This document shows, piece after piece, positions 1-8,432 of a DNA stretch of 64,000 nucleotides. The notes below the pieces were generated by a model. The model was not told the DNA's origin and did no database searches. It worked only from the letters and a program-made list of their open reading frames with translations. Made by a program: the position numbers and the translations under genes. Each line of letters opens with the position of its first letter. Position 1 is the stretch's first letter. The stretch is from Candidatus Multivoradales bacterium (lineage in GTDB: Bacteria > Acidobacteriota > Thermoanaerobaculia > Multivoradales > JAHEKO01): positions 2,688,001-2,752,000 of the forward strand of contig CBDFIJ010000004.1 of NCBI GenBank assembly GCA_965248055.1. Direction: 5' to 3'.

Positions 1-308
1 GTGCCACCTAAGCGAAGGAGTGGGACGAACGCAGCGTCGAATCGTCCAGCCGCGTGCAGGCAGGAAAGCAATGTGTGGATCGGAGTGTCCTAATGCTTAG
101 TTCGGATTGTCGGCAGGACTACCAATTTGACTCCTGTGAATGAGTCCGTGCCCTTGGGCGTAAAGTGAGATCGACAGTAGACGGTAACGTCAAATCCTTT
201 GTCCACCAACTGTGGAGCGACTTGCTCCATCATTGTTTCAAAGCCACCGTATCGAGCTGGAATGCCGCGGCTGCCGATGAGAGCGATGCGTATACGGTGG
301 CCAGTCAT
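1..308 (-). pseudogene. GT4/DUF1972-type glycosyltransferase N-terminus with an in-frame TAG; runs off the window edge
   Basis: MTGHRIRIALIGSRGIPARYGGFET is a typical GT4 N-terminus. The frame reads ...RTKH*DTPIHTLLSCLHA, with TAG at 90-92 where Leu is expected. Confidence 0.8.
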
Positions 309-1289
309 AGGGCAACGACTTGCGAAGGAACCACATCGCTGTCGAAAGAGCGGACACGGTACGTCGTGCTTGAATCGCTCTGCGTCGCGCGAGATTGAAT
401 TTGCGATGGCGCCATAGCCAAGAAAAAGCGGAGAGCGAACGCCTTTCCCGCGATAAGACCCAAAAAACAATGCCCAAATCGCATACCAGAGATGGAACCA
501 AGGTGACGATCAGAGATCCTCAGCTCTCGTGGTAAGCGCGCAGCAAATAGTGGTTTTTCAGGGAATGGTAGTTGACGGATGGTGTCATCTCGGTGCGTCT
601 TGAGGGTATGTTGGTGCGAAAATGGATGCATCGGGCGCTTGGGCAGTACACTGTATTCCAGCCACGCTCTTGCAAACGGAAGGCGAGTTCCGCATCTTCT
701 CGGTAGGTATGGAACTCCTCGAGAAATATTTGTCCGTCAATATTTGCATCGTCCAAGGCTTGGCGCACGAACAGGGTCCCCGCAGCGGTACCACCAAACA
801 CGTACTACCGCTGGTGGTACTGGCCGGAATCGACCACCCCGGACCCTCGGTCCAAGTGACGCCATGAGGTTTTGAGATGTATGCCCGTGGCATCGAGGAT
901 GGTGTCGGGAGATCTTCGTTTGCGCGTGAGGCGTGCAGTCGCGCCAACCCTTTTTGAACTCTCAGAATCAAGGCAGGCGATGAGCTGAAGCAAGAAACCT
1001 GAAGATGGTTGGGTACCTGGATTCAGACATAGAATGAACTCTGCTGAGGTTTCTGCGATTGCCCGATTTATGCCACCTGAGAACCCGGAGTTCACATCGA
1101 GTTTGACCGGACGCACCGAGAAAGCCGATTTTGTTTCTTCGACCAACCTACAAGAATTGTCCTCGCTTGCCGTATCGATTGATCACTTCCTGAAGTCGCG
1201 CGGGAGAGAGTATAACTTGGTGATCGCCAGTCGATGTGTGCATGATCCGAGCGACCTTTTCTTTGAGTCTCGGTTGTCCATTCGGAACC
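238..1289 (-). pseudogene. GT2 family glycosyltransferase, degraded and 5'-truncated at the IS
   Basis: ORFs 805-1146, 520-801 and 238-501 are one frame separated by TAG (805-807) and TGA (520-522). GT2 motifs present: IDTASEDNS, NSGFSGGINRAI, ILCLNP, YREDAELAFRLQERGW. Probable extra frameshift near 1180. Confidence 0.8.
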
Positions 1290-1322
1290 TGTCAACAACT
1301 TTGAGACAGTTGGCAGAATTAA

Positions 1323-2336
1323 TTAGTGAATCGGGACAACCTCCTTGGTGCGCTGATGTTTGGGTGGGTTGATCCAGACGGCCCTCGGTAATAGCTGAAC
1401 GGTCGGTCTTCCACGGACAAATCGCTGTGGGTTGTTTCGCCAAGCTTGGTCAAGGGCCAGTTGACGGATCTTGAGCTTGTGGTCGGCCTTGCCGTAGTGG
1501 ACATCTTCGGGTGTCAGCATGGCGATGCCGGCGTGACGGTGCTGGGTGTTGTACCAGCGGAAAAACGAGCGGCAGAAGGCGATAGCGTCCTCGATCGAGC
1601 CGAACCGATCGGGAAAGCTCGGGTGATACTTGAGGGTCTTGAATTGGGCTTCGGAGAAGGGATTATCGTTGGAGATGCGAGGCCGCGAGAACGACTGAGA
1701 GATACCAAGCCGTACGAGGAGTCGTCCGGTGTCCTTGGCGGTCATCGGCGAGCCCCGATCACTGTGTAGGGTTAGCTGATTCTTGGGAATGCCTTGCTTG
1801 GTTGAGGTCTCCTTGAGAAGCCTTTGGGCTAAGGCCTCGCGTTCGTGCTCGGCGAGCATCCAGCCGACCACATAGCGGCTGAAGATATCGAGGACAACGT
1901 AGAGATAGAACCACCATCCCGGCTGAGGACCTCGCAGCCGGGTGATATCCCAGCTCCAGTCTTGGTTTGCCGCTGTGGCGAGTAGCTCTGGCTTGGTATA
2001 GACCGGATGGCGGCGTTGGCGCCGTCTCTCCTGCAGCGTCTTCTCAGCTGCCAGGAGTCGGTACATGGTGCGCTCCGAGCACAGATAGCGTTCTTCGTCG
2101 AGAAGGGTGGCCACCACGGCCGCCGGTGCAGCGTCGACAAAGCGCGGCCCGTTGAGTAGGTCAAGGACCTGTTGTTTTTCGCTGACTGTCAGTGCCCGAG
2201 CTGGAGTCGGTCGAGGCTGCTGAGGCTCGGTTGATCTCGGCCGAAGCCGACGATAGAACGTTGCACGACTGACGCTCAGGCTCCGGCAGGCCGGTGCGAT
2301 ACCGACCCACGGAGCCAGCGTCCTGGCCGCTTTCAC
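1323..2336 (-). CDS. IS3-family transposase OrfB (rve/DDE integrase core)
   Basis: WSWDIT, VVLDIFSRYVVGW, LHSDRGS and NDNPFSEAQFKTLKY DDE motifs; WYNTQHRH. Confidence 0.95.
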   Translation of the reverse strand: MKAARTLAPWVGIAPACRSLSVSRATFYRRLRPRSTEPQQPRPTPARALTVSEKQQVLDLLNGPRFVDAAPAAVVATLLDEERYLCSERTMYRLLAAEKTLQERRRQRRHPVYTKPELLATAANQDWSWDITRLRGPQPGWWFYLYVVLDIFSRYVVGWMLAEHEREALAQRLLKETSTKQGIPKNQLTLHSDRGSPMTAKDTGRLLVRLGISQSFSRPRISNDNPFSEAQFKTLKYHPSFPDRFGSIEDAIAFCRSFFRWYNTQHRHAGIAMLTPEDVHYGKADHKLKIRQLALDQAWRNNPQRFVRGRPTVQLLPRAVWINPPKHQRTKEVVPIH

Positions 2337-2812
2337 GAGTTCTTCTCGCCCTCTGAGGGGATACCCAGCAGCCCGGCTACTTTTCTTTGCACATCGATGA
2401 TCAGCTGTGCCCTGTGCAATTCGTTCTCAAGCCGAGTCTTCTCCCGCTCTAGTCGAGCAACCTTGCTTTCCAACGGGTGCCTTTTGGGTTTGCGTCCGCG
2501 CCTCTTGCCGAGCGCGGCAAGCGATCCCCGTCGCCGAGCTAGGCGCCAGTTAGATAGATGAGATGAGTAGAGACCCTCCCGGCGCAACAGGGACCCGACC
2601 TCCTCTCGGCTGGAGCAAGCGTCGGCCTGCTCCAAGATCGCCAGTTTGTACTTTGCCGTAAACCGCCGTCTGGCGGGTCGAGCCTCGATCTCAGGGTCGG
2701 GTACCGATTCGGGGGTCGAGGGCAACTGCGCCGTCTCCCCTCCGGATCCCTCGTCGCTACGCTCCTCGGTCGCCTTCGGCGAGACGGGCAATATGGGCTG
2801 ATTCTGAAACAT
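2333..2812 (-). CDS. IS3-family transposase OrfA (HTH)
   Basis: RRRFTAKYKLAIL...LLRREGLYSSHLSNWR, coiled-coil C-terminus, 4-bp GTGA overlap with orfB. Confidence 0.92.
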   Translation of the reverse strand: MFQNQPILPVSPKATEERSDEGSGGETAQLPSTPESVPDPEIEARPARRRFTAKYKLAILEQADACSSREEVGSLLRREGLYSSHLSNWRLARRRGSLAALGKRRGRKPKRHPLESKVARLEREKTRLENELHRAQLIIDVQRKVAGLLGIPSEGEKNS

Positions 2813-2872
2813 ACTGAAACCTCCTTCCGCCCTCTAATTATCAGGGGGCCAAGTGTCTCAGCTACGTTGGCA

Positions 2873-3200
2873 GATAGGGATTGCGCCGATACGCTTTGGA
2901 GCTGGGATCAAAGGGAAGGTAAATCACAGCCTTGCTTGGGGTTTGCCCTGCGTGGCCACTTCAGTTGCTTGTGAAGGAATGAAATTGGTCCACGATCGAC
3001 ATATTTTGATTGCCGACCAAGCTGAGAAATTTGCTCGCGAGGTGGTCTGTGCTCATCGCGACGACGCCCTGTGGCAAAGTCTCTCGACGGCCGGTCGCGA
3101 ATTCATGGAAACGCACTATTCGCTGCGCGCTGGTCGCGCAGCGGTTATTGAAGCGCTGGGTCGCCTGGTACCGGGTGTGCCGAGGACTACCGAACAGTGA
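2873..3200 (+). pseudogene. C-terminal remnant of a GT4 glycosyltransferase
   Basis: IAPIRFGAGIKGKV...GLPCVATSVACEG...HILIAD is the GT-B C-terminal domain. It begins exactly at the IS end and the N-terminus is missing. Confidence 0.82.
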
Positions 3201-3217
3201 ATTGCGGACGGTGGCGG

Positions 3218-3838
3218 CTATGAACTGGGGGACATCCCTAGCAGTTCCCTCACGGTCAACTCCAATCGAGTTAGGCCGCCGTTGAGTCCTATCTCTAGCG
3301 CTTCCTCGGGTTCGACGTGGTCAACCCAAGCGGACTTAAGAGCGAGCAAAGCTCCGACGCGATTGCCACTGCGGCAGTGAATGGCAACTGGACCCTGCGC
3401 TGATTCCATCGCCTCAGACAGCCAAAGCACGTTCTCCATGGTCAGGTCTTCGGCGCTACCGATCGGAATCTGGACGTAGGTGAGTCCCAGGGCGGCGGCC
3501 TCGGCGATCTCTGCTGAGAAATCTTCTTCGTCGGGGCGTCGAGTATTGATGATGGTGGTGTATCCGCTTTCGGCCAATGCGCGCAGTTGCTGGCTGGTCG
3601 GTTGGCCGCCGGTGAGCACGCCGGGTAGAGGCGCCATGGCGTTGGGTAACAAGTCCGGTGGGTGGGCGGGGTTAACCGGGGCCTGGACGGTTTGTTCAAC
3701 CACCACCTGTGGAGCCACAGATTCCTTAATCGGAGCCTCGACTCCAATGCAACCAAAAAGTAGAACCAAAGCGAAAAGCAAATTGCCGAGCGATGTTCCC
3801 GGGCGGGCGAAGCTTATTCTCTTACGCATTTTGGACAT
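3218..3838 (-). CDS. DUF442/protein-tyrosine-phosphatase-fold (sulfur transferase-like) protein, probable lipoprotein
   Basis: GGQPT...GYTTIINTR...HCRSGNR (CX5R). Hydrophobic signal ending LFGC. Start placed at ATG 3838. Confidence 0.75.
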   Translation of the reverse strand: MSKMRKRISFARPGTSLGNLLFALVLLFGCIGVEAPIKESVAPQVVVEQTVQAPVNPAHPPDLLPNAMAPLPGVLTGGQPTSQQLRALAESGYTTIINTRRPDEEDFSAEIAEAAALGLTYVQIPIGSAEDLTMENVLWLSEAMESAQGPVAIHCRSGNRVGALLALKSAWVDHVEPEEALEIGLNGGLTRLELTVRELLGMSPSS

Positions 3839-3943
3839 GGAGTTTCCCCTGGGTGCTGTCGAGGTGACGTTCAGTAAGTTCCGGTCGCATTTCGTTGGTC
3901 TTGAGTCTCGGCCCGGCCGAAAAATCTCCCAAGACACGTGGAG

Positions 3944-4852
3944 CTAGTTCTCGGTCAGGCCACGATGGAGCAAACTCAGGTACGCCTCAGCGTTGATGAA
4001 GGTGCTCCAAGCCTCATCATAGGCGGCGGTTGGCTGAGCCGCGACGATTTCTTGCAACGAGTTACCTGCGGCGACTAAGGCGGCGACCGCATCCCGCGTG
4101 GTGGTGAGCATTTCCACATAGCCTTCCATTTCCGCTTTGCCAATCAATGGTCCGTGGCCAGGGATGATCTGCGTCTCCTCGTTACACATAGCCAAGAGGC
4201 GCTGGTTTGCGGCAACAAAACCGTCCACCGAGCCGCCGTTATCGAGGTCGATAAACGGGTAGGTGCCATAGAAAACTAAGTCTCCGCCGTGAATGACGTT
4301 GGCATTTTCAAAGTGAACGATGGCGTCTCCGTCGGTGTGCGAAACGCCGACGTAGGAGACGTCGATGTCTTCACCGTTGAGATGCAGGGCAACATCGTTG
4401 GAGAAAGTGACCACCGGCAGACCTTCTGGTTCCAAGGCCGGGCTGCGCATGTTGAAAAAAGGCACGACCTGTTCAACAGTGAGTCGTTGGCGCACGTTCT
4501 CGTGGGCGACGATGATTGAACCGGTTTCGCCAAACAGTTCATTGCCACCCGTGTGGTCTCCGTGAAAGTGGGTGTTCAGCAGAAATACCCGGTCTGATGC
4601 GCCTTCTGGGACCAAAGAGGCGATCTCGGCGGCGATAGATTCATGCACTGGTGCCATTTGATCATCGATCAGCACGGTCGCGTCTGGGCCCACCAAGACA
4701 CCGATGTTCCCGCCCTGGCCACTGATCATGTAGAGGTTGTCGGCAACTTGCTGGGTTTGCAGCGCTGGTATCTCGGCGGGCTCCTGCGCACCCACTGGCA
4801 TATTGAAGGCGGTGATTGCGACAGCAATCGTTGAAAGGTGAGTCAATCGCAT
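3944..4852 (-). CDS. Secreted MBL-fold metallo-hydrolase (cyclase-like)
   Basis: NTHFHGDHTGGN (HxHxDH), HTDGD, GGDL and PGHG motifs; N-terminal signal peptide. Confidence 0.88.
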   Translation of the reverse strand: MRLTHLSTIAVAITAFNMPVGAQEPAEIPALQTQQVADNLYMISGQGGNIGVLVGPDATVLIDDQMAPVHESIAAEIASLVPEGASDRVFLLNTHFHGDHTGGNELFGETGSIIVAHENVRQRLTVEQVVPFFNMRSPALEPEGLPVVTFSNDVALHLNGEDIDVSYVGVSHTDGDAIVHFENANVIHGGDLVFYGTYPFIDLDNGGSVDGFVAANQRLLAMCNEETQIIPGHGPLIGKAEMEGYVEMLTTTRDAVAALVAAGNSLQEIVAAQPTAAYDEAWSTFINAEAYLSLLHRGLTEN

Positions 4853-4972
4853 AAGTCCTCCGAGAGCTTGGGTGAAGATCCGTCGTCCGGTCCGCGGTGA
4901 AAACCTAGCACACAGAGATTGATGATTTGTGAGGGGCTTGTGTCCCGGCGCAGCTATTGATCGCGCACTTCA

Positions 4973-7900
4973 CTAAACCGAGAGCAGTATTGAGCGCACC
5001 GGCGACTGGGTGATGGTTCCGACTGCAATCTCGTACCAAGCCATCTGCACCCGATAGCGATCAGGAATTTCTCCGGTTGACAGGTCAGTTTTGAAATCGA
5101 CCAAAGTGGCAGTGCCTTCGGTGACAAAGAACATATCGACCACTCCGTCGAGAATAGTGCCGTCTTGGCAACGATGGAGAAATGGATACTCGCGTTCGAG
5201 CCGCTCGGCTGTGCGGGCGGAAGCGATCAGCGGGTGTTGCAGTGCGTTCGTACAAGCCCTGATTGCAGCCTCCGCTTCGGCGTCGGTTGCTTGGTGAATT
5301 CGCCGGTAGTAGTCGGCCAAGATGGTGAGTTGATCCGGACCGGCGTCGAGCGGCGTATCGCGCAGAATGGAATGAACCAGCGTGCCAAAGCGAGCACCAT
5401 GAGGCCGCTTCTCTGGCCCTCGCGAAGTCATCACTTCAATCTGGTTTTTTCGGCGATTCCTCGGTAGCTCGGAAAGATTATCGAGATCTGAAATCGCCAC
5501 CACCCGCCTAGATGGCACTGAACCTTGCTGCACCTGCTTACGGCGATTTTTTCGCCACGCTTGGTAGTCGAGTAAACCACCGTCTCCGGTTTCCGGAGGG
5601 GAAAGAAGGCTCGCTTGCGCGACGCCGAAGTGACTCTCTACCTCCAAGTCCAACACGGCTGGGTCCCACCACAGAACTTTGTGAGAGCCTAGTTGCGGCT
5701 GATGGATTCCGGGATGAACCGAACCGTCTTGCTCGCCGTCTTGAGAACTAGGACGCTTTGGAACACTGGTTGAGCCGAAGGGCGGGCACGCGTTGGCGAC
5801 CACTGACAGAGAAAACCGTTCGCGATTCGGGTAGAGCGCTGGTGCCAGCGGCGCCAGCCAACTGGTGGCCGGATAGACGTTGCCGCGAGCGTCCAGATCG
5901 CCGACAACCGGAACCACCATCAGGTCTCGTGCCCGGGTGGCGGCGACGTAGGTGACTCGCACCGCCTCCGCTTGATCGCGAGCCAACTCGTCTTTCTGCC
6001 TATCCAAGAGATCCGGTGGCGCTAGGTCGAGAATCCTCTGAGCGCAGAGTTTGTGTTCGGGGTCGACCGTGATCGAGGCCGGTCTGGTGGCGTTGGTGGT
6101 GGGATCAGCGAGGATGACGATCGGGAACTCCAAGCCTTTGGCGGCATGCACCGTCATCAAGCGCACGCCTTCATCAGTTTCCTCAAAGACTGCCGGCTGG
6201 CGTGTCGCCAGACTTTCCGATTCATGCACCAAGTACTCGACGAACGCCCTGAATGAACTCCCGCCTCGGCGTTCCCAGGCGCGGGAGAGGCTGCGCAGAT
6301 GGTCGAGGTTGGCAAGTGCTTGGCGCCCTGCCGGTCGCAGTAGAAAACCGGCGTGCGCGCGGGTGGCGCTGAGGAGGCGTTCGAGCGTCGAGGCAATCGC
6401 CACTTGGTTGCGTTGATGATGAAATCCAGCCAGCATGTCGAGGGCTTGTCGAACTTCATTATGGCCGTCACCCGCAATGCGTTTTGCCAGAGGATCGAGT
6501 TTTCCGCCCTCCATACGATAGAGAAATAACTTCTCGTCCAAGATGGAAAACAACGATCCTTTGAGGGTTGCGTAAACCGCCAGTTCGTCTTCTGGCCACT
6601 CAATGGCGGTCAGGGCGACGCGCAGCGTATCGACCTCTTCTCGATGATGCAGAGAGCGCCCCCCGACCAGTACGTGGGGCAGTCCCCGCACCTCGAGGGC
6701 ACGGACATAGCCGTTGGTGACGTCGGTCTTCCAGCCAAGAAACCTACGAAACAGCAGACAGATGTGATGCGGTTGAATGGCTATTTTTTGCTGGTTCTCT
6801 GGATTTTCGATTTGCCAACCTGAATCCTCCACTAACCATTGGATGAAGGCTCCGGTGGCATTGGGCAAGGACGCCTCGACCGCTGCCTTGGATAGCGAGT
6901 AGACACCATACGGACTGGGCACTGGTAGAGCGATCAGCGAGGGATGCTCCGCGTCACTGTCGCGCACCGGGAGCAAAGGTACGTAGGCGGCTTGCCCGGC
7001 ATCCCGATCTTCGGTCATGGGAGCCGCGAAGGCAGCGTTGACCGCTTCTTGCAGAGGAGCGACGGCGCGAAAGCTGCGGGCTAGATAAAGCAACTCGACC
7101 CCAGAGCTGATCAGATGGTCCTGGACTCTTTGGTAGAAGCGCACGTCGGCACGGCGAAATCGGTAGATGGATTGCTTAGGGTCGCCAACCAAGAATAGTT
7201 TTCCCGGTCGAGGTCGTACTTGGTTCCAACGGGTGGCTTGCGGATTTTCGGCAGCCAGTAGGAGCAGGATCTCAGCTTGAATTGGGTCGGTATCCTGAAA
7301 TTCATCGACAAAAAGGTGGGTGTACCGGTTTTGAAAATAGGCGCGAATCTCGCCTTCGTTGACCAACAGATCGCGGGTCAATAACAGCAGGTCCAGAAAG
7401 TCGAGGGCCCCTCGGTCGCGTTTGGCTTGATCATAGGCCGAGGTCACCGGTTGTAGTTCCTGGTACAGCGCCACTGCGAGGTCCCCATCTGCTCCTTTGA
7501 CGAACTCCTCAACCAGGTCCAGTAGGTCGATTTTTGCCGTCAGCATGTCGGCGCGGGTCAAATCGGTCGCGTAGTTGGCTCCACGACCTCGTCCTTTGGC
7601 GTCACCCAACTGGTGAGCCAAGGAATGGATCCGCGCTTCAAGGGTTGGATAGTCCCGGGGGCCCTCGCTCTCACTCCGCTCGATCCACTCGGCCAGGTCG
7701 CGCACCGACTGCAGAGAACGAAAGAGTGGATCGGATGGCCCCCCTCCGAGTGACAGGGTTGCGACCTCGTCGACACGGATTGCGATTTGGTTGATCTGCG
7801 TCATCAGATCGATCGGTCTTGCGGTCCACGGGTGGTCGAAGTCTCGCCAGTCGAGCAAGGAAAGGGCTGCACGCCGCAAGCGCTCCAGCGGTGGTTCGGT

Positions 7901-8428
7901 AATCCATGTACGAGGATGGGCCAAGCGCGCGAGTGCCCTCTGGAGAGTGGTGGTGGGGCTATCCAAGCGGCGTTGAATCCACGAACGAAAGGCTTGCTGG
8001 TGCAAGGATTCCGCTTGTTCGGCGTCGTACTCGGAAAAGCCAGGGTCGATGCCGGCTGCAATCGGACGCTCGTGGAGGATCTCAGCGCAAAACGAGTGAA
8101 TCGTGCCGATGGTCGCTTCTTCCAGCCTGGAAAGTGCCTCTTCGATGCGGCCACGACGTAGGTCATCGAGGTCCGGCTGCACTCGCGCCTGTTCCAATTC
8201 GATGCGCAACCGTAGCTTGAGTTCGCCAGCGGCTTTGCGGGTGAAAGTGACCGCCACGACCTGATCGATATTGGTGACGCCTTCGGCCAGAACGGCGACC
8301 AGCCTGCCGACCAGGGCCGTAGTCTTGCCAGTACCCGCAGCCGCCTCAACCAAGAACGAGGTATTCAGGTCGGAGGCAATGCGCTCTCTCGCCTCGATGT
8401 CCATCGCTAGCAGATCGCTCGACTTCAC
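4973..8428 (-). CDS. addA: AddA/UvrD-type helicase-nuclease
   Basis: Walker A AAAGTGKT, VTFTRKAA, VDEFQDT, VGDPKQSIYRFR, TVHAAKGLEF, YVAATRA and C-terminal nuclease GVVD...VDFKTD. Start placed at GTG 8428. Confidence 0.9.
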   Translation of the reverse strand: MKSSDLLAMDIEARERIASDLNTSFLVEAAAGTGKTTALVGRLVAVLAEGVTNIDQVVAVTFTRKAAGELKLRLRIELEQARVQPDLDDLRRGRIEEALSRLEEATIGTIHSFCAEILHERPIAAGIDPGFSEYDAEQAESLHQQAFRSWIQRRLDSPTTTLQRALARLAHPRTWITEPPLERLRRAALSLLDWRDFDHPWTARPIDLMTQINQIAIRVDEVATLSLGGGPSDPLFRSLQSVRDLAEWIERSESEGPRDYPTLEARIHSLAHQLGDAKGRGRGANYATDLTRADMLTAKIDLLDLVEEFVKGADGDLAVALYQELQPVTSAYDQAKRDRGALDFLDLLLLTRDLLVNEGEIRAYFQNRYTHLFVDEFQDTDPIQAEILLLLAAENPQATRWNQVRPRPGKLFLVGDPKQSIYRFRRADVRFYQRVQDHLISSGVELLYLARSFRAVAPLQEAVNAAFAAPMTEDRDAGQAAYVPLLPVRDSDAEHPSLIALPVPSPYGVYSLSKAAVEASLPNATGAFIQWLVEDSGWQIENPENQQKIAIQPHHICLLFRRFLGWKTDVTNGYVRALEVRGLPHVLVGGRSLHHREEVDTLRVALTAIEWPEDELAVYATLKGSLFSILDEKLFLYRMEGGKLDPLAKRIAGDGHNEVRQALDMLAGFHHQRNQVAIASTLERLLSATRAHAGFLLRPAGRQALANLDHLRSLSRAWERRGGSSFRAFVEYLVHESESLATRQPAVFEETDEGVRLMTVHAAKGLEFPIVILADPTTNATRPASITVDPEHKLCAQRILDLAPPDLLDRQKDELARDQAEAVRVTYVAATRARDLMVVPVVGDLDARGNVYPATSWLAPLAPALYPNRERFSLSVVANACPPFGSTSVPKRPSSQDGEQDGSVHPGIHQPQLGSHKVLWWDPAVLDLEVESHFGVAQASLLSPPETGDGGLLDYQAWRKNRRKQVQQGSVPSRRVVAISDLDNLSELPRNRRKNQIEVMTSRGPEKRPHGARFGTLVHSILRDTPLDAGPDQLTILADYYRRIHQATDAEAEAAIRACTNALQHPLIASARTAERLEREYPFLHRCQDGTILDGVVDMFFVTEGTATLVDFKTDLSTGEIPDRYRVQMAWYEIAVGTITQSPVRSILLSV

Positions 8429-8432
8429 CGAA

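Larger units (their letters stand above)
1290..2872 (-). mobile_element. IS3-family insertion sequence, about 1.58 kb
   Basis: Imperfect 24-bp terminal inverted repeats: TGTCAACAACTTTGAGACAGTTGG (1290-1313) versus TGCCAACGTAGCTGAGACACTTGG (reverse complement of 2849-2872), 17/24 identical. TG...CA ends enclose orfA and orfB. No target duplication seen; the 1290 end may extend a few bp. Confidence 0.88.

Noticed and set aside
90-807. Stop-codon readthrough or genetic-code reassignment suggested by in-frame TAG, TGA and TAG in the glycosyltransferases
   Set aside because: The stops replace different expected residues, a frameshift and IS truncation co-occur, and intact genes in the window end normally in TAG and TGA. 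Pseudogenisation is simpler.
2325-2345. Programmed -1 frameshift between IS3 orfA and orfB
   Set aside because: No slippery heptamer at the junction; the 4-bp GTGA overlap suggests translational coupling.
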